Source: Neodothiora populina
Taxonomy: Eukaryota
DNA length: 64,000 bases
Direction: 5' to 3'
Assembly: GCF_041146345.1 (NCBI RefSeq)
Contig: NW_027191404.1
Span: 310,001-374,000, forward strand
Part shown: piece by piece, positions 13,211 to 25,063 of the stretch
Layout of the letters: each line of letters begins with the position of its first letter
Position numbering within the stretch: the first letter of the stretch is position 1
Made by a program: the position numbers and the translations under genes
Notes under the pieces: model-generated
What the model saw: only the letters and a program-made list of their open reading frames with translations
The model's database searches: none
Told to the model about the DNA's origin: nothing

Positions 13211-14638
13211 TGCAAGCAGCTGTTTTTGTTGGATGCTGTAATCTTAGAAGTGCAGCTCGTTTAGGGCACACCCTTGCAAGGCCACGCAAAGACGTTATTG
13301 TCTAAGATCTTCAAGAGTGTATGATATCTGTACAAATTGACAGGTTGTTTTTTTGATCCTAGATTTTGGTGAAATTGGTATCACAATCTTAGACAGAGCC
13401 AATTGTTGCAGAATGACAGAAAGAAGAGATGGAAGAAAAGCGCAAGTACACGCTATCAAATCTACCTTGCCATTATTGTGACTATGCCGTAGCCTTATTG
13501 TCATGACTACAAATAGGCAATGGCGGAAAAGCATCATGGAGTATGTCTAGCATCATCGGAGAATCGCTACTTCGGCCCCATGATGTCTAAAGGTTCGTGG
13601 ATGCGGGGCAGTCGCGACCGCAAGGGGCAAGTGGATAGACCAGACAGCATGTTGTTGACGGAAGCCTAATTCTTCCACACGATCAGAGCAGAATCGGAAT
13701 GCAAGAAATAATGCAAGAGGTGCATGATGACTGGCCACTCGACCAGATGTGCGGAACAGCAGAGAACAGCTTAGACGCTGCCACGTGTGGAGGACTGGGG
13801 TCTCTTAAAATATTTATCGATAGCCGACCAATACCAGTTCTGTGACACCCCCTGCTTTATGTTTAGCGCAGGAAACGGCAGCGTTTCGCTCCCAGATATC
13901 GTGAGCAAGCATTAGTTCAACCAGTTCCTGACTTCAACTTACCCGTAGACGACATCGTCCAACATTCCTTTGACCCCCGTCTCCCTGCTCTGCTGCTTGA
14001 TCAGATCGCCTTATAGGGGGCGCAATCGCCCCGTCAGAGTTCGCCCGAGTCAAGCGGCCCGTCCCTGTTGATGCCCTACCACATCAACCAGGAACTCCAA
14101 ATCCTCCATCTACTCCAGATCCCTCATCCTCCTCCACGTTAGGCATCGAAACCACGAAAAAACCCACATATTAAACCTGCAGCTTGTGCATGCGGCGCAA
14201 TCTTTTCTTTCGATTACTGCACCGCCCAACCGGTCAGTCGAGGAAGCAGCCGCTATTAGCCGCATCTCTTGCCCAATTAATTTCGCATCCGCTCTCGCGA
14301 AGCTTTTGTTTCTGTCCATCTGATCGTTTGTAATTCACACGTCCAGATTCATCTTCCCGATGGCCAGCGCATCGTATCTCTGATCCATCCGCAATGTTTG
14401 AGGCTTTCCTGATCTTCTATCAACCCGTCCCCGTTGCTGTTCCTCTCGAAGGCGCTCAAGATATTGCGTGGTGAGACCTTGGGCTTCAACCCCGCGTTGC
14501 GACCCGTCGTGGAATAACATAGTACTTCGCCTCATAAGGAGGCTAACGGCTGCCCTACCATCATTAGATTACCTAACTCTTTACTTTGGGTCCAATTTGA
14601 TTGAGTCTAGCAAGCCCAGAGTGCGCCTGGACAGAATC

Positions 14639-16558
14639 ATGCCTGACTACCGGCCTGCCTATGTTGAGGACGAGAATCCTCTTGCAGAGGATGGCGACAG
14701 AGAGACCCGCCATTCCGCTTCAGGGGCTGTCTCGGGATCCAAGCGTCCGGACAAGGCCTCCAGACAGGATAAGTCCTCGCGTCCGAAGGCGCCCAGTGAC
14801 TCGGGAGTATCTGGACTCAGCCAGGCGAGTCGAGGTAGTGGTAGTTCCGATGGTCGAAACAAGCCGACAAAGTCAGCACGTGGACCTCCGGAGAGCGCAT
14901 CAGATCGCCAAAAAAGACATATGAGCATAAGTGACCGTGACCGCGCGAGAGAGCACAAACGCGAGCCTCGTCGCGCCAGTCCAGAGAAGCGCTCTGGAAG
15001 ACATGAAGCCAGGGTCGACCGCCACGACATGTCCTACGACTCCCGCCGTGATGCCTCTTACTCAAACGGCCATGAATCAGCCCAGGCCAGAAAGCCTGCT
15101 CGCCCGTCTCCTTTAGACATCCCTCTCAAGACAGACTATTCCCCTTTTACACAGTCATCACAGTATCCACCTCAATCTCCTGGTGCCTACCAATATCCGT
15201 ACCCCCAGGTGACTGGAGGATATGCCCCGCCGGTGGAAACACGCCCTCGTGGATTGCCCTACACAAGCCGGCCTCCCAGTGTTGATTTGTACGCCCATGC
15301 GACAAGTCTACCGACCACTGCTCCTGGTTATTATCCCAGGACAAGTCAAGGATATGCCACAACGGAACCTGCCTATGACCCCCGCACTGGTAGTTTTGCT
15401 CCGGGATACCCCACTGCTGGGCCTGTATACACGCATACTGCTGGAAGCCAGCCGCAGGGATCTCCGACCAGACCAAGTTTGATGCAGCGGCCTATGCTTC
15501 CACGCTACTCGACTGAGAGACTGCCCGAGTACTCCGCACGCTCTTATGATCCTACAGCACCTCGGCTCCCGACATATAACCTGCAGCAGCACAAACTTGA
15601 GAATGAAGTGGACGATTTCGATTTCTCTACTCGGCCCAAACAAGGCACTTATAAGTCGTCCATGAAAGGCATGCCGGGCGCATTTCAGTCATCAGACAGC
15701 TCCGACTCGGATCCAGAAAAACCACCGTATATAAGGGGCCACAGTGATGGCAATTTGATGCTACCGCCACCGCCACCACGGCCCCGCCCCAATCTCAAAC
15801 ATGCCGCTACAGGTCCAGCTATTCCGACGTCTCGAGGATCAGTTTCAGCTTGGCCAGTGGTCCACCAGCCAACGTATGCGCGGACACAGGAAATATATGC
15901 TGACTTGTCAGCCGATCGAGCCATGGTCACCAGGGATCGATCAGATTCGAGACAGTCTGAGAAATCATATAGAAGCGGCAACACTTACAGATCTGACCCC
16001 GCCGAGTACGAGTACGGCCGCCGGATCGAGCTCGACCGTCACCCGTCGGCAAGGCGCTTGTCTGTGAACAGCCAAGGGAAATACAAACAGAACGCGCTTG
16101 AATCTGAGCGTTACCAGAACGATATAAACGGGGCTTCGGGTCCATTAGATCTGAGCAAAGAATGGCTTATGAAGGAGCAGCGTCGTTCGCTCACTTCAGG
16201 GCGAACTTCCAGCCACATCTCGTCAGGCTCCCACCATAGTCACCGGAGCCGTAACAGCATCTCGTCACGAGTCTCAGCCAACGGACGCACTTCACTCGAC
16301 GTTAATGGAACGATAATAGACATTCCTGCAGGCTATAGGGCCAGCGTGAAGACTGATGAGGACAACGGGAATCTTCGAGTGATCCTTGGGGGTGCCAGGG
16401 AAAGAGAATATCACGGCGAAGAGAGCGGCCGGAGTTCGGCCCAAGCGAGTAGTGGATCTCGTAGCCGACGAAGTCGAGCCGAGAGCGAAGCCTCACGTGG
16501 CCGCAGACATAGCGTCCGACCGGACCACCATCGTCGTAGCGAACACAGCGGTGACTAG
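14639..16558 (+). CDS. Hypothetical Ser/Arg/Pro-rich, largely disordered protein (~639 aa)
   Basis: Long uninterrupted ORF from ATG 14639 (MPDYRPAYVEDE). A candidate upstream intron at 14471-14610 (GTGAGA...CTAAC...TAG) could join ATG 14394 in frame, so the start is uncertain. Confidence 0.7.
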   Translation: MPDYRPAYVEDENPLAEDGDRETRHSASGAVSGSKRPDKASRQDKSSRPKAPSDSGVSGLSQASRGSGSSDGRNKPTKSARGPPESASDRQKRHMSISDRDRAREHKREPRRASPEKRSGRHEARVDRHDMSYDSRRDASYSNGHESAQARKPARPSPLDIPLKTDYSPFTQSSQYPPQSPGAYQYPYPQVTGGYAPPVETRPRGLPYTSRPPSVDLYAHATSLPTTAPGYYPRTSQGYATTEPAYDPRTGSFAPGYPTAGPVYTHTAGSQPQGSPTRPSLMQRPMLPRYSTERLPEYSARSYDPTAPRLPTYNLQQHKLENEVDDFDFSTRPKQGTYKSSMKGMPGAFQSSDSSDSDPEKPPYIRGHSDGNLMLPPPPPRPRPNLKHAATGPAIPTSRGSVSAWPVVHQPTYARTQEIYADLSADRAMVTRDRSDSRQSEKSYRSGNTYRSDPAEYEYGRRIELDRHPSARRLSVNSQGKYKQNALESERYQNDINGASGPLDLSKEWLMKEQRRSLTSGRTSSHISSGSHHSHRSRNSISSRVSANGRTSLDVNGTIIDIPAGYRASVKTDEDNGNLRVILGGAREREYHGEESGRSSAQASSGSRSRRSRAESEASRGRRHSVRPDHHRRSEHSGD

Positions 16559-17650
16559 CAGATGACACTATTGTGAGAGAGAAGTACGAGTGGGACTTTT
16601 CAATCTTCGAGGAAGCATGTCCTACGCACCGATTTCCAATGCTTCTCATTTATTCGGCGGCTCTATTGGATTATGCGATCATACCCACTTACAATGTACC
16701 AAGACTGTTCACTCAACACTCAACTCTTCCGGCTTCTATTTTTGATACATTTGGGACCTGCGACAATGTCTGACGCCGGCGCAAGTCATTGATCGGTTTG
16801 ACACGGCGTACCAAAGGGAAACACGCTGGACTGATTCCCATTCTCAAATTTGGTAATATACACCGTCGACAGCATGGACGACTGCTACGACACGTCTTTG
16901 GCTGGTCGCGAGCATCTTCTGGGACCCTTTTCTCATTCCGCATATCTCATGTTCTCTTTGCTAAGCATTCAGCGAATGGGACATATTGATGTCGAAACAC
17001 TGTTCGCCCTGGTCGACAAGATTTTTCGAAATAAAAGTGTTTCCTTCCATCGTCATCTGTACCAATCCCTTACCGTTTTTCTTGCTCTACTTTGTTTAAG
17101 CAGATCACAGCGAGCGCCGGGTTGTTTGAATGTATCGGATGGAATCCTGAATTGGTAAACTCTATTCTTTGCTTTTCAATCGGCGGAACACGACAGTTAT
17201 GATGAAAAGAAGGGACAGACATACACAAGTTTGTATGGCTCACGAATTTGACGACTTGACGACCTCTAATATTCCCCCCTTTTTGCGTGTGTTATCTTTC
17301 CATTTCTCATCTCGTTTCTTTTTCTTGTTTCGCGTTAGCATTATCAAATTGTTACAAATCGATTCCTTGTTTCTGTCCTCTATGGCTATTAGTTCGGAAC
17401 ACGATCATGTCTTGGGCAATATTACCTGGGATTGCCGATCTTATGTTTTGTTTCCCTGCGTTGTCTTTGCATGTATCCTAATTCTACTACTGATACTTGT
17501 GCAAAAAAAAGCATCTTGGAAAGTTCAGATGCTTCTCAGTTGTTTCTTGGGTGTGGGTTCGATAACAAAGAGAAAGTAAAACAAGGAGTTGTTAGGAGTC
17601 AGATATGCTAAGATGCAGCTATTTTTGGTATCAATGACTAGATCAACAGA

Positions 17651-18633
17651 CTACATCCACTTCCGCAGCTCCTCCTGCGTCCACTCCCACAACACCTCCT
17701 CAAGCGCCTCGTGCCCCCTCTTGTCCCCCTTCGCAAACTCCACTCTCTGACCCACAGGCTCATAATACGCCCCACTCTGCACCTCCTCCCGAGGCCCCGT
17801 AGCAGCCCACACCCCATTCCAAGCCAGCTCGTTCGCCGGCCGTCTCCGCCCCATCGTCGTCGCGAGAACGAAGCAGTAATTGAACCAGCCGACGTCCCTG
17901 ACTATGCCTGTCATCGCGATGCCCGGATGCACGCTCGCGACGGTGATGCGCGGGTATCGACTCGCCAGGGCGCGCGCGTAGACGACGTTGGCTAGTTTCG
18001 ACTGGCCGTAGCGGCGCCAGGTGCCGCCGATCATGGGCTGGGGAGTGTGCAGTCTATCGAACTGGATACCTTCGGGTGGCGGCATGGGCGGGTTGGATGC
18101 TTGCGAGGAGGTGAGCAGGATGCGCACGTCGCTGTGTGGTTGCTTCGCGGTGTGCTCTAGTAAGGGCAGAAGGTGTTTGATCAGCAGAGCGTGCCCGAGG
18201 TGGTTCGTTGCGAATTGGACCTCGTAGCCGTCGACTGAGAGACTTGCGGGTACGGCCATTATGCCTGCTATGCAGAGGAGGAGGTCGAGGCGGTCGAGGT
18301 TGGATAGCAGGTTGGTGCTGATTGATTTCACGGATTGGAGCGAGCTGAGGTCACAGGGGAGGAAACTCAGTTTCACATTGGGATGGGATGTCGTGTGGGT
18401 TTCTATGATTGTGTCTGCGGCGGCTTTGTTGCGGCCGGTGAATATGATCTCCGAGGGACCGTGTTGGAGCAGACATTTGATTGTTTCCAGACCGACGCCG
18501 GAAGTACCTTTTTGCTTTGGGTTGAGTGCTTTTCATTCTTGTCTCGTCTGGTCTACTTACCTCCAGTGATCAGAATGACTTTACCAGCAAGATCAGGGAT
18601 GTCCTTTTCGGGGTTGAAGTCGATGCTAGCCAT
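17651..18633 (-). CDS. Short-chain dehydrogenase/reductase, retinol-dehydrogenase/WWOX-like (~309 aa); exons 18561-18633, 17651-18507
   Basis: MASIDFNPEKDIPDLAGKVILITG splices across intron 18508-18560 to give TGGTSGVG. Also QFATNHLGH, catalytic YGQSK and VHPG. Confidence 0.9.
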
Positions 18634-19892
18634 CTCGGATCGCAAGCTGGGGGATTGCGTCTAGATAGACGCAGAATGGGAGGCTCGTCAAGTCAATCAT
18701 ATGCTACATCAGCTTCTTCTTATATTTTGCTCGCAAGTCAGGCCACAGTTGTGCAACCACAAAACGGGTCATCACAGTCACGGAGGAATGCTGTTCCCGA
18801 CGGACCAATGTTGTCCCGCAAAGGGCTTTTTCGAGGAACAACATGCCTCGCCCGAGGGAGACTTGACAAAAAGGTTGTTTGGGTGAAGCTGGTTATTTAC
18901 AAGTAGACGCATGGTGATGCTCGAGAGAGGTGGCAAGCAAAGACAGTCTGGTATAATCATGAAGAGAGCAGATCGGCCCTAAGCGGACGTTAGGGAGGAC
19001 CGATGTGCCGTCTCGTCGCAGCCCGCGTTCAAGATTATGGGTTCCATGACACCGCAACTTTGTATAAGAGTATACAACCAAACATGCAGAGGGTGGGTCC
19101 AAGAGACTGCAAGTTCGAGAAGTGTTGCAACGATGACGGATGGCGAGAACAAGGCAGTGCAGACTAACAGCAACAAGCGGTTCCGTCCTCGGCCTCGCGT
19201 CGAGCAGTCGTTGGCTGCGAATGTGTGTGCTATATTACGCATATCATCGCTGGCTTAGCAGGGTGATCATGTCAATCATACTAGCCCACGCCCAGGGGGA
19301 GGACACATGAATCATCATCATCGAGTGGTCCATCGACTGCCAATCACAAAAAGCAGAAACAGTGCCTGGCGTGTGCGTAGAGACAGACCGGGGTCCAAGG
19401 CAGGTTTATCGCGTGGACCCTGAGTTTCACAATGTGCGAGGGTCAGATTATTGCTGTGGAGATGTGTTGACGCTTGACAACACAGAGTGCCAGCCAAGCC
19501 GCGTCATTGTCCTGCCACCTCCAACCACCTTGGACCGCCCAGCCACACTGGTAGGAACACGGAAACAGGGCATTGGTAGGGAGACGAGAGGCACTTTTAT
19601 GGCATTATTTCTACACCTGTGTGTTTCCTTTGAGGTTTTGTTTCCAAGTACAACGCCTATCTCAAATCCATCACCGTTGCAATCGCTATCGCGCAGTAAA
19701 CACGCACCTTCAACGTTTCTTCTGTGTACCGTCTTTTTTATATTCTTCTCATCGCGATAAAGTTCTTGTGCTGCATTCGGTACCAATCCTTTGGATCTGA
19801 ACCAGAAAGTTTGGCTTAGGCTTCGGCCTATAGCATCACAGGACCACGGTTACCAAGACAGCCAGCCAGCCAGCAATTCAGCCACAACAACC

Positions 19893-22430
19893 ATGGCTCC
19901 GTATCCTGCATCTCTCGGAGGAGGAGGAGGAGGAGGGCCTGTTATGCCTCGCTCTACGTCTGCTGCTTCTGACCTTGCTCTCTCTGCTTTACTTACAGAG
20001 GACAAACGCAGTGTGCCGCTGGAAGCAACGTATTCGAATCTCAGCACTACTCGTCGATTTGCTCCACGGGCTGAATATAACGTTACTGTGCGCCGCGCAG
20101 AGCAGAACTTGACTGCTGCCCTCGACAACAAACTCAACAACGTCGCACCTCGTCAGCCGTATCTCAACAGCACAGTTTTGGATCTGGCTCCTCGTGCAGA
20201 AGGAAACCTCACTGCTCGTGCCGCACTGAACATCACCGAAAGAACATTGCCTGATTTGGACAGCACTGCGATCAATCTGACACCGCGGGCCGAGGCCAAT
20301 CTCACCACTCGTGCAGAAAGCAATCTCACATCGTTCTCTGAGCGAACATTTCCTCCGCGTGCAGAGTACAACGTGACAGTGCGCGACCTGCACAATCTGA
20401 CAGCAGCTCGATCCGCCACAAATCTGAGTGCGAGATCTGACGAGAACGTGACTGCGAACAGCGAACACTACATCGCTTCTCGGTCTGCAGAGCTCCCTGC
20501 CCAGCCTCCGTTTTTGAATTTCACCACTCGGTCGGGCCACAACCTCACGGCGGGATCTGATTACTACGTTATCACTTCGCGTCAGGAGAACGTTACTCTT
20601 GTTGCTCCAGTGCTGACGGGATACGGCTCGGGATCTACAAAGGCCACTCCGCGTTGGCGGCCAAGGTCGTTGCAGCCGCTCTATCCGAATGTTACTGCGA
20701 GGACTGATAGCGATTCGACGACACACGAGGTGTACAATCTGACTGCCCGCGCAGAAGAGCTCAACGTTACTGAACTTGCTGGGTTTGATCTGGCGGAGCG
20801 AGGCTTGAGTAACTTGACGGCTCGTGCAGCGCAGAACATTACAGCGCGAGACGAGTACAACTTGACGTCCCGTACAGCGCAGAACATTACAGCGCGAAAC
20901 GAGTACAACTTCGCAGCACCCGCCGACCTTAACCTCACTACCCGCTCCGAGTTCAACATCACCGAAAGAGGTCTTCTGAACCTCACGTCGCGCGCAGACT
21001 CCAACGAGACCGATCTCGCAGACCACAAGATGATCATCCGCGGCGCCAACTACAACATCTCGGGGCTGTCCTCTGGTCTCGTGCCGAAAGATGGCCAGGC
21101 CGCCCATCAGCTTGTCAGCAGGGCGACGACGTCCTACATGCCCTGCGCCGGCTGCACCGACCCCCGACAAGTGAACAACAAAGGCTTCTTCGCGCTCTTC
21201 GCCATCCTGGGCGTAGCGATCGTGTGCACGATAATCTGGTTCTTTTTCCATGCCAAGAACGGCGGGTTCGTCTTCTACGAGAACGACTGGGACGACTACA
21301 AGTCTACTGTTCTGCGCCGCAAAGGTCCAGACGGCAAGACGCTGTCCAACGCGACCAAGTCGACTCGTCTCGGCGGTGGCAGCATCATCGCCAAACACGA
21401 CCGTCTCGCCGCCATGTCGCTCGTGGGCTACGACGAGAAGGGCCGCAAGGGCGTCAAGGCCAAGCGCGGATTCGGTGGAACACACTCGGTCTACTACTCT
21501 GATGACTTCAGTCGCTACTCGGGCAGTCGCGCAGACGACACGAGCGAGCGAGGCACGATCATCCCGGACCGCCAGCGTCAACAACTGAACGAAAAAGACG
21601 ACGGCGGCAAGCACCACGCGCACCGCTACCGCGACCGCGACGTGCAGCACTACAAGAAAGAAAAGGCGGCGCGAGTAGGCGGCATGAACCGACCGGCGGA
21701 CGGCAGCGCCTACGACTTCAGCGACACGATGACGCAGATGACCGAGTCGACGAACCGCTCGACGACGAACCTCATCCGCAAGAACAACAACGAAAAGGAA
21801 TCGTCGGAGGGAAAGAAGCGCGCCAAAGCGGAGAAGAAGGCGCGCGACGAGGCCGCGCGCATGGAGCGCAAATGGCGCAAAGACGCAGAGGAAGCGGCGC
21901 GCGCCATCGCTCGCGACGAGCAGCAGCACTCTCCTTCTCCCGTGCCCAACGTCCTGCCGCCTCAACAGGCCCACCGCTCGCGTCGCGCCGACAGCTCGTC
22001 TCGCAGTAAACAACAAAAAAGAGACTACTCGTTCTCGCGCGGCCAGCAAGACGACATCTCGACCGTCTACACGGGCACGACGGGCGTGACGGGCGACTCC
22101 TCTCAGCGCTCGGCTAGCTATTACGAGTCCTACCGCCCTCGCCACGACCGCGCCGCTGCAGTGGGCGCATCTTCAGACCGAGAAACCAGCCGCACGCGCA
22201 GAAAGGATCGAAGCGGCAGTCGCTCGCCCACGAAACCGGGGTACAGACGGTACGCGGAGAGCGAAGCCGCGACGTCGGATTCCGGGACGAGGATTTACGA
22301 GCATAGAGTCAGAGGGTCGAGTCGGGGTCCGGCCAAGGAGAAGAAGAAGACGACGGAGAAAAAGGGCGGGCGGGATGTCATGGCTGGGTATAGACGGGGC
22401 AGGGGCGGTGATAGCGAGGATGATTTTTGA
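19893..22430 (+). CDS. Single-pass membrane protein (~845 aa): N-terminal N-glycosylation repeat array, one TM helix, basic disordered cytosolic tail
   Basis: Intronless ORF. TM segment GFFALFAILGVAIVCTIIWFFF is followed by KNGGFVFYENDWDDYKSTVLRRKGPDGKTLSNATKSTRLGG, a block I recall from conserved uncharacterised Pezizomycotina proteins (not verified by search). Confidence 0.85.
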   Translation: MAPYPASLGGGGGGGPVMPRSTSAASDLALSALLTEDKRSVPLEATYSNLSTTRRFAPRAEYNVTVRRAEQNLTAALDNKLNNVAPRQPYLNSTVLDLAPRAEGNLTARAALNITERTLPDLDSTAINLTPRAEANLTTRAESNLTSFSERTFPPRAEYNVTVRDLHNLTAARSATNLSARSDENVTANSEHYIASRSAELPAQPPFLNFTTRSGHNLTAGSDYYVITSRQENVTLVAPVLTGYGSGSTKATPRWRPRSLQPLYPNVTARTDSDSTTHEVYNLTARAEELNVTELAGFDLAERGLSNLTARAAQNITARDEYNLTSRTAQNITARNEYNFAAPADLNLTTRSEFNITERGLLNLTSRADSNETDLADHKMIIRGANYNISGLSSGLVPKDGQAAHQLVSRATTSYMPCAGCTDPRQVNNKGFFALFAILGVAIVCTIIWFFFHAKNGGFVFYENDWDDYKSTVLRRKGPDGKTLSNATKSTRLGGGSIIAKHDRLAAMSLVGYDEKGRKGVKAKRGFGGTHSVYYSDDFSRYSGSRADDTSERGTIIPDRQRQQLNEKDDGGKHHAHRYRDRDVQHYKKEKAARVGGMNRPADGSAYDFSDTMTQMTESTNRSTTNLIRKNNNEKESSEGKKRAKAEKKARDEAARMERKWRKDAEEAARAIARDEQQHSPSPVPNVLPPQQAHRSRRADSSSRSKQQKRDYSFSRGQQDDISTVYTGTTGVTGDSSQRSASYYESYRPRHDRAAAVGASSDRETSRTRRKDRSGSRSPTKPGYRRYAESEAATSDSGTRIYEHRVRGSSRGPAKEKKKTTEKKGGRDVMAGYRRGRGGDSEDDF
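20034..21122 (+). repeat. Degenerate coding repeat array, unit ~8-9 aa (xxxN[LIV]TxR)
   Basis: Units such as AEYNVTVR (twice), AEGNLTAR, AALNITER, AEANLTTR and AQNITAR (twice). A near-exact 48-bp tandem duplication lies at ~20827-20911. Confidence 0.85.
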
Positions 22431-22952
22431 AGGTGCATGATTATTGGCGATGAGACGAGAACGAGGATGAAAGCGGGAATGAGACGAGACGAAGAGTAGA
22501 CGAAGGCTAGGGCTGCATGGAATGGGAAAGGATGGTTGGCCGTGGAGGGAAAAAGGGATGATGATGATGACGATGATGATGAACAGCAACGAACGCCAAG
22601 TGTACCACAAACAGCAATAGCGATAGCCGAACCCATAGATAAATGACAGAACAGACAAAGATAAACCGCGACGCATCGAACTAGTAATATCAATCGCCTC
22701 TCGCCTCTTGCCCACACGATGAATAATGCATCGGTCAGTCAGTTTCCACTTTTGATGGTTTTCTCATCCATGTTCGGGCGACAAACAAACACGACAAGGG
22801 AAAGAAAAGAAAAAGAACTTTGGAAAGAGGAAGGAATGAAAAGAAGTAAAGAATAAGATAGACCATTGCAATTTTTTTTTCCCATTTCTACACTACTCCA
22901 CTCCCATCAAAAAGCTATAGAAAAGAGCAAAAGAAAAGAGAAGAAGAAAAAT

Positions 22953-25028
22953 CTACATCCTCTCGACCGGACTGAGTCCCAGCAGTCTCATGCCGTTGCT
23001 CAACACGACGCGGGCGCACTCGTACAGCGCCGCCCTGGCGGTCTTGAGCTCCTCGCTCTCGGCATTGAGCACATTCAGCACCTCGTAGCTCGAGCTCAGC
23101 AGATGCGTCATCTTGAAGAGGTAGGTCAGGACGGTGACGGGCTCTTGCGTCTTGAGCGTGTTGGAGAAGACGTCGGGCCATTGGGCCAGCGAGCGGATGA
23201 CTTCGACGGCGTGTTTTTCCGTGAGCAGGGAGAGGTTGGCGGACGCCAGAGCAGAGGGGGAGATGGCTGCTTTGCGCGCGATGGAGCAGAGGCGTGCGTG
23301 GGCGTATTGCAAGTAAGGGCCGGTGTCGCCCTCGAACGAGGTCATGCGCGCCAGGTCGAATTCGTAGTTGTTGATGCGCTTGCCGGACATGTCCTGCACC
23401 ATGACTGCGGAAATGCCCAGGATGTCGGCGGTGCGCTCCGGGTCGGCGACCTGCTCGTATTTGGCCTCGTTGGAGCGCATGACTTCGTGCATCTTCTCGC
23501 CGACGTCGCGCAGGATGTCGTCGAGGAACTTGGCGGTGCCTTTTCGCGTCGACATGCCCAGCACCATGCCGAAGTTGATGTGCTGGCATTTCTTGGAGAC
23601 TTGGGTGTATTCGCCGCCCATGATCTCGAGGATCTTGAAGAGCTGGGCCAGATGCAGGTCCTGCTGCGAGGCGACGACGTAGATCATCTTGTCGAAGCGG
23701 TAGGTCTGGTGACGCTCCATGGCGGCGCCGATGTCACGGGTCAGGTAGAGCGTGGTGCCGTCCTTTTTGCGCACGAGCGCCTTGCCCAGCTTCTTGCTGT
23801 GCTTGGTCAGGTCGACAATGACGGCGCCCTCGCTGTCCTCGCTGATCTTGTTCTCCTTCATGACCTCGGCCGCCTTGTCCATGGACTCTTGCTTGACCTG
23901 CGACTCGCCCGAGTAGTCGGTGAAGTGGATGTTGAGACGGGCGTACGTGTCCTTGTACTTGACAATGGACAAGTCACGGAACTTTTGCCAAACGCCCAGC
24001 GCTTCGGCGTCGCTGTCGCTCATTCTCTTGAAGTAGTCGCGGGCCTGCTGGTCGACCCCGGTGGACTCGATGCGCTGGATCTCGGCCTCCTGCTCCGTCA
24101 CGGGCTCGTTCTCGGCCTGCAGCTCCTTGACCTGCTCTTTGAGTGCCTTGACGCGCTCACCCTCGTCGTGCGAGATGGCGCTGATCTTGACGTAGACATT
24201 GTAGAGGTGACCGATGGGGTTGGCCAGGAGCTCCTCTTCGCTGCCGAACTTCTGGAAGCCAATGGCCAGGACACCGTACTGCTTTCCCCAGTCACCGAGG
24301 TAGTTCATGCGGATGACGTCCCAGCCGGCCTCCTGGTAGAGGTTCGACAGGAAACCGCCGATGATGGTGGAGCGCAAGTGACCGGCGTGGAAAGGCTTGG
24401 CGATGTTGGGCGACGAGAACTCGACAATCATCCTCTTCTTGTCCGACTCGGGGTTGGCAGGGTCCTGGAGGCCGAGGAAGGGGTTGTAGCCGTACTTGGC
24501 GCCATTCTGCAGGATCGAAGGTAGGACCAGCGAGGCGAGAGGGTCGGGCTTGAAGAAGAAGCGGACAAAGGTCTTGTCGACGGTGGGCGGCTGGACGAGA
24601 GCCGACTCGGGGAACTTGTCGACAATCTCCTGGGCAAGAGCGTCGGGCTTCTTTCCCTTGATCCTGAGGGCGGGAACAGGCAGCATGAGGTCGCCATTGG
24701 CCAGCGTCTGCGTCCACTGCAGGGCATTGTAGACGACCTGGGCGTCGACTCCGGTGATGGGGACCAGACACTCGGTGATGTGGGCGCGATAGATGTCGAC
24801 CTGGTTGACGGTGGGGAAGGTCAGGACCTTGTCGAGTTTTGGGACAGAGTCCAGACCGAGAGTCTTGATCTGGGATGTGAGTGCGTCCATGGTCAGGTTC
24901 GTCTCAGCAGAGATGCAGCGAGGGAAAGAGGAGGAGAGCGACGTCTTCTTCTGTGACTGCGACTGCGACTGCGACTGCGACTGCGCCTGCCGGATTGTCG
25001 AGAAATAGAGAGAGTGAGTCAAGGCCGC

Positions 25029-25063
<35 letters not shown>

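Noticed and set aside
11859..18633. Monooxygenase plus SDR (and the distant ABC transporter) as a secondary-metabolite cluster
   Set aside because: No PKS, NRPS, terpene or other backbone gene and no cluster regulator; the genes are interspersed with housekeeping loci.
19989..24524. Long antisense ORFs (718 aa at 19989-22145 minus; 552 aa at 22866-24524 plus)
   Set aside because: Shadow ORFs opposite GC3-rich real genes; the translations have no recognisable motifs.
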